From the NCBI GenBank assembly GCA_024413465.1, contig JAKSVU010000001.1:21949-85948 (forward strand): a stretch of 64,000 nt of DNA. The letters are read 5' to 3'. This DNA comes from Alphaproteobacteria bacterium (GTDB lineage: Bacteria; Pseudomonadota; Alphaproteobacteria; CAAGCB01; CAG-977). This document shows, one piece after another, positions 50,029 to 59,860 of this stretch. Below the pieces are notes generated by a model. It did not search any database. It had not been told where the DNA came from and saw only the letters and a list, made by a program, of their open reading frames with translations. A program made the position numbers and the translations under genes. Positions within the stretch are counted from its first letter, which is position 1. Every line of letters starts with the position of its first letter.

Positions 50029-50995
50029 TCCATCAGCAGTTATTTTTGGGTGTTCGGGATTAAAATTAACAGAGGAAGAGCGTGATTTTTTTAACTCGAT
50101 AAATCCTGTGGGGTTTATTATTTTTTCAAGAAATATCGATAATCCAAAGCAAGTTAAATCATTATGTGAAGAATTAAGATGTTGTACGGATAGAGAAGAT
50201 ACACCTATTTTAATAGATCAAGAAGGGGGGCGTGTCGCAAGATTACAACCACCATATTGGCCAGTTTTCCCTCCAGCAAAAGTTTTTGGTGATTTGTACA
50301 AAAATGATCAAAATAGGGCATCAGAAGACTGTTTTAAAAATTTCTTTGAGATAGGAAATGAATTAAGAAAAATAGGTGTAAATGTTGATTGTGCCCCAGT
50401 TTTAGATTTACCTGTCCCAGAGGCTAATGCAAAAATTGTCGGAGATAGACCCTTTTCTACAGATAAAAATGTTATATCAATTCTTGGTAAAATAGCTTCT
50501 GAAGCTCTTTTAAAATCAGGGGTTTTACCTATAATGAAGCATATTCCAGGACATGGAAGAGCAAAAACTGACAGCCATTTTGAATTACCAATAGTAGATG
50601 TTGATGAAAATGTTTTATTAGAAACAGATTTTGAACCGTTTAAAAATTTGTCAAAATTTGTTCCATGGGCGATGACAGCACATATATTATACCCCTCAAT
50701 AGATCCAATATATCCAGCGTCATTGTCAAAAAAAATAATTAAAGGATATATTCGTGAAAAAATAGGTTTTGAAGGTTTTTTGATATGTGATGATCTTTCC
50801 ATGAAAGCGTTAAAAGGTGACTTTTCTTTGTTAACGCAAAGTGTTTTGGATGCAGGTTGTGATGCTGTTTTGCATTGTAATGGTGATATGAAAGAAATGT
50901 TGCAAATTGCAAAATCGATTCGCCCATTATCTATAGAATCGATGAAAAGATACATTCGTGGACAGAATATGCTAAAGTTAGCTGTTAAGGAGTAG
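50018..50995 (+). CDS. nagZ: Beta-N-acetylhexosaminidase (GH3)
   Basis: GH3 motifs (IDQEGGRV, KHIPGHGR, ICDDLSMKAL) are present. Confidence 0.85.
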   Translation: MSNNPSAVIFGCSGLKLTEEERDFFNSINPVGFIIFSRNIDNPKQVKSLCEELRCCTDREDTPILIDQEGGRVARLQPPYWPVFPPAKVFGDLYKNDQNRASEDCFKNFFEIGNELRKIGVNVDCAPVLDLPVPEANAKIVGDRPFSTDKNVISILGKIASEALLKSGVLPIMKHIPGHGRAKTDSHFELPIVDVDENVLLETDFEPFKNLSKFVPWAMTAHILYPSIDPIYPASLSKKIIKGYIREKIGFEGFLICDDLSMKALKGDFSLLTQSVLDAGCDAVLHCNGDMKEMLQIAKSIRPLSIESMKRYIRGQNMLKLAVKE

Positions 50996-50999
50996 ATAT

Positions 51000-51176
51000 A
51001 TGGGAATTAGTGTGCCGCAATTATTATTAATTTTACTGATAGTATTAATTCTTTTTGGTAGAGGAAAACTTCCTACTTTGGCAGAAGACTTAGGGAAAAG
51101 TTTAAAAGCTTTTAAAAAAGGGTTATCTGAAAATTCTGTTGAAGAAAAATCAAAAGATGAAAATAATAAAGAGTGA
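51000..51176 (+). CDS. tatA: Twin-arginine translocase subunit TatA (58 aa)
   Basis: Manual translation gives MGISVPQLLLILLIVLILFGRGKLPTLAEDLGKSLKAFKKG..., a canonical TatA TM helix followed by an amphipathic helix. It is below the 60-aa cutoff of the ORF track. Confidence 0.85.
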   Translation: MGISVPQLLLILLIVLILFGRGKLPTLAEDLGKSLKAFKKGLSENSVEEKSKDENNKE

Positions 51177-51182
51177 TATTAA

Positions 51183-51419
51183 TTGTTTGGAATAAGTTTT
51201 TCTGAATCTATCTTAATATTTTTAGTTCTTTTGATCGCTGTTGGACCAAAGCAGTTACCGACTGTCTCTAGGAATTTTGCTATCTTGTATAAAAAAATTA
51301 ATTTATTTGTCAGACAATTGAAACAGTCTATAGATGATTCTTTGTATGACTTAGATTCTATTAAACAAGATTATTCAGATAAAAAAATAGAAGAAAATAA
51401 AGATGACAAAACGGACTAA
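51183..51419 (+). CDS. tatB: Twin-arginine translocase subunit TatB (short form)
   Basis: MFGISFSESILIFLVLLIAVGPKQLPTVSRNF matches the TatA/B family. It lies between tatA and tatC. Confidence 0.75.
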   Translation: MFGISFSESILIFLVLLIAVGPKQLPTVSRNFAILYKKINLFVRQLKQSIDDSLYDLDSIKQDYSDKKIEENKDDKTD

Positions 51420-51422
51420 TTA

Positions 51423-52199
51423 ATGAGTAAAAATGAAAAATCTCAAAATGTTATGCCATGGATGGATCACTTTGTTGAACTACGAAGAAGGATGTTACTA
51501 GTTCTTGTTTTTTTTATATTTTTTTTCTTAATTGAGTATCCATTTTCAAAATATTTTTTAAATTTTTTATTATCTCCGTTACAAAAAGCATCAGATTTTT
51601 CAGGTAACCAGGTTCATGCTATATTTACGAATGTAACAGAAGGTTTTTTCTCTCATATAAAAATAACTTTTTTTTCATCTGTTGTTTCTGTATTTCCGAT
51701 ATTTTTACTCGAAATGTGGGGGTTTATTAAACCAGGTTTGTACACGGTTGAAAAAAAAATTGTAAAAAAAATTTTTTTTATTTCTCCGATTTTATTTTTG
51801 ATAGGGGATTGTTTTGTTTTTTACATCATAATGCCATATGCTCTTGAGTTTTTTCTTTCATTTCAACAAGGTGGAGAAAATTTTTTTGAAATTTTATTAA
51901 CAGCAAAAATATCTGAATATATATCATTTGTTACCTCATTGTTACTTGCATTTGGTCTTAGTTTTCAATTTCCGATTATTTTGGTGATTTTATCTCAGTT
52001 TGATTTGATTGATTCTAAAATTTTAAAAAAAGGAAGGCGATATTCTTTTGTTTTAGTTTTTGTTTTGGGGGCCGTTTTAACTCCCCCAGATATTTTTAGT
52101 CAAGTAGCATTAGCTTTGCCTTTATTCTTTTTATACGAAGTCTCAATTTATGTGATTCAAAAACTTGAAAAGAATAAAAAGAGGGGTTATAACGAGTAA
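51423..52199 (+). CDS. tatC: Twin-arginine translocase subunit TatC
   Basis: A 6-TM protein carries TatC signature regions (PLQKA..., [16 protein letters not shown]). Confidence 0.85.
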   Translation: MSKNEKSQNVMPWMDHFVELRRRMLLVLVFFIFFFLIEYPFSKYFLNFLLSPLQKASDFSGNQVHAIFTNVTEGFFSHIKITFFSSVVSVFPIFLLEMWGFIKPGLYTVEKKIVKKIFFISPILFLIGDCFVFYIIMPYALEFFLSFQQGGENFFEILLTAKISEYISFVTSLLLAFGLSFQFPIILVILSQFDLIDSKILKKGRRYSFVLVFVLGAVLTPPDIFSQVALALPLFFLYEVSIYVIQKLEKNKKRGYNE

Positions 52200-52222
52200 A
52201 ACTTTTTTTTAGAGGTGATAAT

Positions 52223-53500
52223 ATGTATGATATAAAGTGGATTCGTGAAAATCCTGAAGAATTTGATAAAGGACTTGTTCGTAGAGGTTTTGAACCACAT
52301 TCTGCGAAAGTATTAGAGTTAGATAAGAAGTATCGTTCTTTACAGACTGATTTGCAAGATATGCAGTCTCGTCGTAATGATTTGTCAAAAAAAATAGCTG
52401 AAGCCAAGAAAAATGGTGAAGATGCCGATGTTTTAATGCATGAAGTTAGTTCTTTAAAAAGTGGAATGGCAGATATCGATGAAGAAGTTCGTTCTGTTTG
52501 TGAACAAATTGAAAAGGTTTTAGAAATTTTGCCAAATAGACCAGCTGATGATATTCCAGATGGATTAGATGATTCTACGAATAGAGTTGTTAGAACATGG
52601 GGTGAACCTCGGAAGTTTGATTTTAAACCATTAGAACATGATGAATTAGGTGAAAAATTGGGATTAATGGATTTTGAACAAGCTGCGAAAGTTTCAGGAG
52701 CACGTTTTGTTTATTTGAAAGGCGATTTGGCTAAATTAGAAAGGGCTTTAGCTCAGTACATGTTGGATATGCATACTGAAAAACATGGTTATTGCGAAAT
52801 GGAAGTTCCATTGATGGTTAATAGTAGTGCTGTTTACGGAACTGCACAATTACCTAAATTTGCAGAGGATTTGTATAAAACAACAGACGGTTATTGGTTA
52901 ATACCAACGGCAGAAGTGAGTTTGACTAATTTTTTTGCTGGAAAAATCTTAGATGAGGAAAAATTACCTTTGAGAGTTACAGCTTTGACTCCATGTTTTC
53001 GGTCGGAAGCTGGGGCAGCTGGAAAAGATACAAGAGGAATGATTCGTCAACATCAGTTTTATAAAGTTGAGATGGTTGCTATTACCACACCAGAAAAATC
53101 TTGGGAAGAACACGAACATATGACAAATAGTGCAGAAGATATTCTAAAGGGGTTAAATTTACCATATAGAGTAATGTGTTTGTCTGCTGGAGATATGGGA
53201 TTTAGTTCAAGAAAAACGCATGATTTGGAAGTGTGGTTGCCAGGACAAGATAAGTATCGTGAAATTTCAAGTGTTTCAAATTGTTGGGATTTCCAGGCTA
53301 GACGTATGGATGCTCGTTGTAAGAGTAAAAATCAAAAAGGTACTAGATATGTTCATACTTTGAATGGATCTGGATTAGCAGTTGGAAGAACATTAGTTGC
53401 TGTGATGGAAAATTACCAACAAGCAGATGGTTCAATTTTGGTTCCAGAAGCATTGCAAAAGTATATGAATGGGAAAAAGGTTATCACTACATACAAATAA
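52223..53500 (+). CDS. serS: Serine-tRNA ligase
   Basis: An N-terminal coiled-coil arm and class II core motifs ([37 protein letters not shown]) are present. Confidence 0.9.
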   Translation: MYDIKWIRENPEEFDKGLVRRGFEPHSAKVLELDKKYRSLQTDLQDMQSRRNDLSKKIAEAKKNGEDADVLMHEVSSLKSGMADIDEEVRSVCEQIEKVLEILPNRPADDIPDGLDDSTNRVVRTWGEPRKFDFKPLEHDELGEKLGLMDFEQAAKVSGARFVYLKGDLAKLERALAQYMLDMHTEKHGYCEMEVPLMVNSSAVYGTAQLPKFAEDLYKTTDGYWLIPTAEVSLTNFFAGKILDEEKLPLRVTALTPCFRSEAGAAGKDTRGMIRQHQFYKVEMVAITTPEKSWEEHEHMTNSAEDILKGLNLPYRVMCLSAGDMGFSSRKTHDLEVWLPGQDKYREISSVSNCWDFQARRMDARCKSKNQKGTRYVHTLNGSGLAVGRTLVAVMENYQQADGSILVPEALQKYMNGKKVITTYK

Positions 53501-53502
53501 AA

Positions 53503-53528
53503 AAAGCGGTTTTAAACCGCTTTTTTTA
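53503..53528. terminator. Bidirectional rho-independent terminator (AAGCGGTTT-A-AACCGCTT with A/T runs on both sides)
   Basis: A perfect stem lies between convergent serS and the TPR gene. Confidence 0.8.
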
Positions 53529-54203
53529 TTATCTATCTATTGCTAATAAATGTTGTTGTGCTGCTAGTAAAGGATTTGATGCTCCTCCCCGTTGAAGTGC
53601 TCTAATTGTGAGATTATATGCTTCCTCAGTGTTGTTTTTTGAAATTTCAATAGAAGCTTTTGCAGCAAGACCTTCCCAAGAAGTAGGAGTTTGTTCAACT
53701 AAACTTTCAGCTAATATTTCAGCAATGTCGATAAAGCCAACTTTCGACAGTAAACGAATTAATCTATAATGCGTTGAGGGAATTTTAAATATATTGGCAT
53801 CAATGAAGTCTGTAGTTAAAATATCTAAAAGATTCACAACCGAAGAAAAATTCTTTTTTTCAACGAGCATTTCGGCGACAATTAAATAAGTTTCCTCTAT
53901 ATCTTGAGTATCTTGGATTACATTTTTTGCGATGTCATTTTTTCCATTTGCTGTTAAGATAGCTGCATAGTATGAATTAACTAACAAATCCTTTTTTTCA
54001 AGATCTAAATATGCTTTTTGGAGATATTTTTCAGCTTCAGATGTGTTTCCTTGAATAAGTGAACATAATCCAATTTGAGCAGAAGCAATTGTACATTTAG
54101 TATCAAGTTCTAAACATTCTTTTAATGTTTTGATTGTTTCATCTAATTGAAAATTCTTTTTAAAAGAAATTGCTTGTTTTAGTAAATCATCTAAATTTTT
54201 CAT
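53529..54203 (-). CDS. TPR-repeat protein
   Basis: A 224-aa all-helical protein with several TPR-like repeats (e.g. AEKYLQKAYLDL, EEAYNLTIRALQRG). Confidence 0.55.
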   Translation of the reverse strand: MKNLDDLLKQAISFKKNFQLDETIKTLKECLELDTKCTIASAQIGLCSLIQGNTSEAEKYLQKAYLDLEKKDLLVNSYYAAILTANGKNDIAKNVIQDTQDIEETYLIVAEMLVEKKNFSSVVNLLDILTTDFIDANIFKIPSTHYRLIRLLSKVGFIDIAEILAESLVEQTPTSWEGLAAKASIEISKNNTEEAYNLTIRALQRGGASNPLLAAQQHLLAIDR

Positions 54204-54354
54204 AAAAAAACTCCATCAAAATTAATGTTGTCATGTATCAAGATAAGCTAAAATCAATTAATAAAAGATTTAAGTTCTTTTTTTTATTTTCTTTTAATAT
54301 CTTTATACTTTTTTAGTTTTTTTTTGAAAAAATAAAAATGGAAAAGGTCATTTT

Positions 54355-55254
54355 ATGTTGATAAAAAGAAAAACTTTATTTTTTTTGTTTTTTTATATTT
54401 TAACAGTATCAAATGCAAATGCTGTTGAAAAAAGATATTTTTTGGATAATAGAATTTTGCCATATTCTTGGGATAATGCCTCTAATCAAAATGCTTTGAA
54501 AAATGATTTAGAAAGATATCTTTTAAAAAAAACATCAGAAGAAAAATTTTTGGATAAATATTTTCATTCTCAAGATGCTTATGATGATGAAAAATTATGG
54601 AAGGAACAACAAGAGGACATGTTAGAACAAGTTAATGTTACTTCCAAAATTGCTGAAGATATTTTTCCTCAAACAGATTTATTAATTGATGAATTTATTA
54701 AAGATGTAAATCATGCTGATGCAGTTTTTTCAAATACGTTAATTTCATTTGTTAGTGATAGAGAATTAAATAAACAACTTAATGAAATTGAAGATTTTAA
54801 TACAAGTATTGATGGAATAGGACTTATTAGTTATTATTATTCAGTGTTCAATCGTATGGCAAATAATGATGATACTTTTGTTTTATCTGATTTAGATGAC
54901 CTAGATGTCTTTGAAAAGAATACGTATAATAAGGATGTTTATATGAGACATCCTGAATCTAAAAGTGGAATTGTATTGCAACAATATGATGATGATCTAT
55001 GGTCACTGTGGTTAACAGATATGTTAGATTTAAGAATGTCTTTAGATATCAATAAAACTGATGAGAAAATATGGGAAAAAGTTGTTTTTGATGAAAATGA
55101 TATTGATATATATGATTCATTTTTGTCAGATAGGAAAATTGAAATTAATCAAGATGTTGTGAAATTGCAGAATATTTTACAGGCGATTCTTAAAACATCT
55201 TTTGAAAAAATAAAAGATGTTGATGTTAAATGGTTTTTTAGGCAGGAATATTAG
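54355..55254 (+). CDS. Secreted acidic protein of unknown function (299 aa)
   Basis: A signal peptide is followed by a D/E-rich mature sequence. Its stop overlaps the start region of the downstream OMP gene, suggesting an operon. Confidence 0.5.
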   Translation: MLIKRKTLFFLFFYILTVSNANAVEKRYFLDNRILPYSWDNASNQNALKNDLERYLLKKTSEEKFLDKYFHSQDAYDDEKLWKEQQEDMLEQVNVTSKIAEDIFPQTDLLIDEFIKDVNHADAVFSNTLISFVSDRELNKQLNEIEDFNTSIDGIGLISYYYSVFNRMANNDDTFVLSDLDDLDVFEKNTYNKDVYMRHPESKSGIVLQQYDDDLWSLWLTDMLDLRMSLDINKTDEKIWEKVVFDENDIDIYDSFLSDRKIEINQDVVKLQNILQAILKTSFEKIKDVDVKWFFRQEY

Positions 55255-55255
55255 A

Positions 55256-57262
55256 ATGAAAACAGAAAGTATTAAGAAAATTTTGAAGACAACGACATGT
55301 TTAACAATGGGAGTTGTTGTTTTGTCTATGGCTTCTGCTTGTAGTGTTGAAACAGAACCGTCTAGCGATTGGGAAAGAGCTGTGCGCGTGGATCGTGATA
55401 TACAAGAGATGTTTGGAGATCAAAGAGTCAATATTATATCAAGACCATTTACAATTTATGAAGCAATGGCTAGAGCTTTAAAATATAATTTAAATGCAAG
55501 ATTGAAAACAATGGAAACTGTTCTTGCAGCAAAAAATATAGATATATCAACAACAAATCAATTGCCAGGATTGTTGGCTAAAGCCGGTTATGATAGTAAA
55601 CAAGAATATGAGGCAATAGTTTCTAACTCTCTGAAAAATAGTTATAAGAAACAAAATGATATTGATGAATCTAGTGTTCATGTATCTTGGAATGCTTTAG
55701 ATTTTGGTGTAAGTTATTATCAAGCAAAACAAAATGCAAATAATGTATTGATAGTAAATGAAAGTCGCAGAAAGCAATTACAAATTATTCTTCAGGATGT
55801 TCGTAGAGCTTTTTGGCGAGCAGTTACAGCAGAGCGTTTAATTCCTGAAATTGATAATTTATTTGAAGAAACTACGTTTGTTTTGGAAGAATTAAGAGCA
55901 GTAAAAGAAAATAATCCATCAAATACTGTTTTATCATTTGAGCTTTCATTGATGGAAACTATGCATGATCTTAGTGAAATGAAGACAGAATTAATTAAAG
56001 CTCATGAAAAATTAGCATCTTTGATGAATTTAAAACCAGGAACAAAATTTAGATTGGTTGCTTCAGAAGAGGGAAATTTTGTTTTACCTGAGATCCGGTC
56101 TAGTTTAGATAGGTTAGAATGGCTTGCTTTGATGCATAGGCCTGAATTAAGAGTTCAAGATTATCAATTAAAAAATATACAATTAAGTGCGAAAAAAAAT
56201 TTATCAAGATTGTTCCCTAATTTTAGATTTTTTATGTCAGAAGTTCATGATAGCGACTTGATGTTTGAAGATGTGTCGTTGTTGCAGAAATTTTCATCGC
56301 AAATAGGATTAAATTTGTTAAATCCGTTGAAAATGCAAAAAATAGTTTCAACAAAAGAGATTGCTGAAGATGTTCAAAATTTAAATAGACAAGTACTTTC
56401 AATGTCTATTTTGTTACAAACTCATTTAGGATGGGCTGATTATCAAGGTGCAAAGGAAACATATCAATTAAGTGCGGAAATAGCAAAGGTAGCAGAAGAA
56501 TTAGCTCAAAATACATCTGAAAATACAAAATCAGAAGATGTTGTTGCAAAAGCAATGGTTGTTTCTGATGCGGCCAGAGCTTTATTTGCAAAATTAAGAA
56601 TGATGATGGATTTTGCTAAATTACAAGATGCAACAGGAAAGGTTTTCGCAACATTAGGATTAGATCCGTTGCCACAAGATTTTTTAAATGATGATGTTAA
56701 AACTATAACAAAAAAATTAGAAACAGTTGTTGCTTCTTGGGATTTAGGACGTTTTACAATAGAAGATTTGCCAAAGATTCCACCTGTTCCATTGCATAGA
56801 CCTTCAATATATTTAAGTATTTCAGTTCCTGTTAAAACAATTGTGGAAGATATGCGATTTGTTTCAACAATTCCACCTAATGCTTTCCAAGAAGCTGATC
56901 TTGGAAATGATATTGTTTATTCAGCAATGTTGTTTGATGGACGTCCACTGCCTTCATGGATGCTTTTCGATGATAAGACGATAACCTTATCAGGTAGGCC
57001 CCCAGCTCAAGCAGAAGGTGTATATGATGTAAAAATAGTTGCAAGAAATAGAAAAAAATTGTCAGCTCATATTTTAGTGACGATAAAGGTTGTTCGTGGT
57101 TATAGGACTATTATGGATATGCGTGGGGCAGAACCAGATTCGAAAGTTACAGTTATTCAAAAATGTATCGAAGACGAAACATGTCAGAATAATATTAATG
57201 TTCGAGAGATTAAAGTGTTTCCTGAAAAAGTTAAAGTTGCTCCATTAATTAAGAAACAATAA
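55256..57262 (+). CDS. TolC-like outer-membrane efflux lipoprotein with C-terminal Ig-like (putative He_PIG/cadherin-like) extension
   Basis: A lipoprotein signal (LSMASAC) is followed by OEP-family repeats (TIYEAMARALKYNLNARL..., LQDVRRAFWRAVTAERL...). A C-terminal extension of about 180 aa has the beta-sandwich-like motif PLPSWMLFDDKTITLSGRPPAQAEGVYDVKIVARN. Confidence 0.55.
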   Translation: MKTESIKKILKTTTCLTMGVVVLSMASACSVETEPSSDWERAVRVDRDIQEMFGDQRVNIISRPFTIYEAMARALKYNLNARLKTMETVLAAKNIDISTTNQLPGLLAKAGYDSKQEYEAIVSNSLKNSYKKQNDIDESSVHVSWNALDFGVSYYQAKQNANNVLIVNESRRKQLQIILQDVRRAFWRAVTAERLIPEIDNLFEETTFVLEELRAVKENNPSNTVLSFELSLMETMHDLSEMKTELIKAHEKLASLMNLKPGTKFRLVASEEGNFVLPEIRSSLDRLEWLALMHRPELRVQDYQLKNIQLSAKKNLSRLFPNFRFFMSEVHDSDLMFEDVSLLQKFSSQIGLNLLNPLKMQKIVSTKEIAEDVQNLNRQVLSMSILLQTHLGWADYQGAKETYQLSAEIAKVAEELAQNTSENTKSEDVVAKAMVVSDAARALFAKLRMMMDFAKLQDATGKVFATLGLDPLPQDFLNDDVKTITKKLETVVASWDLGRFTIEDLPKIPPVPLHRPSIYLSISVPVKTIVEDMRFVSTIPPNAFQEADLGNDIVYSAMLFDGRPLPSWMLFDDKTITLSGRPPAQAEGVYDVKIVARNRKKLSAHILVTIKVVRGYRTIMDMRGAEPDSKVTVIQKCIEDETCQNNINVREIKVFPEKVKVAPLIKKQ

Positions 57263-57401
57263 TTTTATTTCTTTTTCTTTATGCAAGATTGACATTTATT
57301 GTAGAATATGCAATTTGAACATGCTTTTTCGTTTTTTATTTTCATTATAGCTAATATAATGAAAACAAAAATTATTAATATTAGAGTATAATCTAAATAT
57401 G

Positions 57402-59747
57402 TCATGATAATGAAAATAGAATTAGAGATGTTCTATAAGTTAAAAAAGCAAATATCCAAGCAATTGAGCATTGCCATATAATGAAAGATAAAGTTAAAAA
57501 TTTCCCAAATTCTCTGTTGATTGCAGCAATAGAAGCAATACAAGGAGTATACAATAGGCAATAAACAAGAAAACTTAAGGCTTCTGCTGTAGTTAATGAA
57601 TGGGATAAATTCTCATTTAAAACCATAAGTGTTGAGACTACACTTTCTTTTGCTAACAATCCAGTGAATAAAGCTGAGATAAATTCCCATCTTCCAAAAC
57701 CTAAAGGTGAAAATAAAATAGAAAATTTTGTTGAAATGCTTGATAGTATGCTTTGTTTTGCTTCTGCAACAATTCTAAAATGCCAATCATACGATTGTAA
57801 AAACCAAATAATGATTGTTGCGAGAAATATAACTGTAAAGGCTTTTTGTAAAAAATCTTTAGTCTTTTCCCATAACAAATAAATAGTACTTTTTAAACTT
57901 GGTAATCTGTAATTTGGTAATTCCATAACGAAAGGAATAGCTTCACTATTGAGTAAAATTTTTTTAAACAAAAAGGATATAAGTATCGCAACAAATATTC
58001 CTAAAAAATATAAGAAAAATAAAATTTGTAATTTTTTTTCTGGAAAAAAAGCTGAGATAAAAAAAACGTAAATAGGTAATTTGGCAGTACAACTAAAAAA
58101 TGGAATTAAAAATGTGGTAATTCTACGATCTTTTTCTGAAGGAAGGGTTCTTGTGGACATAATGGCGGGAACAGAACAACCGAAACCAACTAACATTGGG
58201 ACAATACTGTGACCAGATAATCCCATTTTTCTTAAAGGTTTATCCATAAAAAAAGCTATTCTTGACATATAACCGCTATCTTCTAATAAGGATAAAAAGA
58301 AAAAAAGAACAATGATAATAGGTAAAAAAACAATGACTCCACCAATGCCAGAACATATACCTTTGGTTATTAACAGGTGAAGAGAAGTGTTTATTTTTAG
58401 ATTTGTTAGAAAATTGTCTAAGTTGAAAATTAAAAATTGTATAGTATCAGAAAATTTTTCTTGAAAAAAAACACCAATAACATCAAATGTTAACCAAAAT
58501 ATTAGCAACATTATACATATAAATACAGGAAATGCCGTATATTTCCCTGTTAAAATTTTATCAAATTTTGAACTACGGATACGTTCTTTACTTTCTTTTG
58601 AATAAATGACAGTTTGATAGCATATTTTTTTTATAAATGAAAAACGCATGCTTGCAATAGCTTCAAATCTATCTAATTTTTGTTCTTGTTCAAAATTAAG
58701 GATAATTTGTTCAATAGTTTCTTTTTCGTATGGAGTTAATTTGAGACGATCTATTATTAGCGAATCTTTTTCTATAATTTTTGTAGCAGCAAATTTCGCA
58801 GAAATATCATTTTTTTCTGCATGGTCTTCTATAAGATGTGTGATAGCATGGATACATCTATGTAAAGCACCACTGTTTTCACTTGTATCGCAAAAATCTT
58901 GTTTTATAGGAGGTTCTTGATATTTAGCAATATGAATAGTGTGCTGAATTAATTCATCTAATCCTTCATTTTTTATTGCAGATATAGGAATCACTGGAAC
59001 ACCTAGTAAATTTTCTAGTAAATTTATATTTATCGAACCATGGTTGTTTTTTACTTCATCTATCATATTTAATGCAATAACCATTGGAATATTGAGTTCT
59101 AGTAACTGCATAGTCAAATATAAATTTCGTTCAATATTTGTTGCATCTACGATATTTATAATGGCATTAGGATGTTCATCTAAAACGAAATTTCTAGATA
59201 GAATTTCTTCATTGGAATATGGAGAAAGTGAATATATTCCTGGTAAATCAGTTATGTAAACATTTTGATATTTTTTTATTTTACCAGTTTTTGTTGAAAC
59301 TGTTACGCCAGGAAAATTTCCTGTATGTTGATTCGTTCCAGTTAATTGATTGAAAAGGGTAGTCTTTCCACAATTTTGATTACCAACTAAGGCAAAGGAA
59401 ATATTATCATTGTCAGTAAATATTATTTTGTTATTTTGATCGTGAAAACGCCCACCTTCGCCTAAACCAGGATGTTCTATTTTTTTATGGTAATTGATAT
59501 TTTCAGTATGAATTTGAGTAGAAAGATTTTTTATTTTAATTAGTTCTGCCTCAGATTTTCTAATAGCTAATTCATAACCATGTATTGCAATTTCTATAGG
59601 ATCTCCCATAGGAGCAATTTTCTTTATTGTGACTTGTTCTCCAGGAATAACTCCCATGTCTAATAAATGTTTTCTCAGCTTTCCATTACCTTCAATTTTT
59701 ACTATTTCAACAGTTTTTCCAACAGGTAACCTATTTAAAGATGTCAT
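57402..59747 (-). CDS. feoB: Ferrous iron transporter FeoB with an N-terminal fused FeoA domain
   Basis: An N-terminal SH3-like FeoA domain (about 75 aa, VGKTVEIVKIEGNG...) is followed by a G-domain (GNQNCGKTTLFN, DLPG), a GDI domain and a polytopic gate domain. AGGAGG RBS is present. Confidence 0.85.
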   Translation of the reverse strand: MTSLNRLPVGKTVEIVKIEGNGKLRKHLLDMGVIPGEQVTIKKIAPMGDPIEIAIHGYELAIRKSEAELIKIKNLSTQIHTENINYHKKIEHPGLGEGGRFHDQNNKIIFTDNDNISFALVGNQNCGKTTLFNQLTGTNQHTGNFPGVTVSTKTGKIKKYQNVYITDLPGIYSLSPYSNEEILSRNFVLDEHPNAIINIVDATNIERNLYLTMQLLELNIPMVIALNMIDEVKNNHGSININLLENLLGVPVIPISAIKNEGLDELIQHTIHIAKYQEPPIKQDFCDTSENSGALHRCIHAITHLIEDHAEKNDISAKFAATKIIEKDSLIIDRLKLTPYEKETIEQIILNFEQEQKLDRFEAIASMRFSFIKKICYQTVIYSKESKERIRSSKFDKILTGKYTAFPVFICIMLLIFWLTFDVIGVFFQEKFSDTIQFLIFNLDNFLTNLKINTSLHLLITKGICSGIGGVIVFLPIIIVLFFFLSLLEDSGYMSRIAFFMDKPLRKMGLSGHSIVPMLVGFGCSVPAIMSTRTLPSEKDRRITTFLIPFFSCTAKLPIYVFFISAFFPEKKLQILFFLYFLGIFVAILISFLFKKILLNSEAIPFVMELPNYRLPSLKSTIYLLWEKTKDFLQKAFTVIFLATIIIWFLQSYDWHFRIVAEAKQSILSSISTKFSILFSPLGFGRWEFISALFTGLLAKESVVSTLMVLNENLSHSLTTAEALSFLVYCLLYTPCIASIAAINREFGKFLTLSFIIWQCSIAWIFAFLTYRTSLILFSLS

Positions 59748-59860
59748 TTTATGGTAACCTCCTAAGTTCTTTCAATTTCATAGGATGATAGTATTTTAAT
59801 GTAAAATCTGCTAGAAATATTTGTTTTTTTTTGAAATTTTTATATTATAAACTCAAAAAA

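Noticed and set aside
50308-50955. 215-aa minus-strand ORF antisense to nagZ
   Set aside because: nagZ on the + strand has canonical GH3 motifs and fits the argS-SPOR-nagZ synteny. The antisense ORF has no recognisable features.
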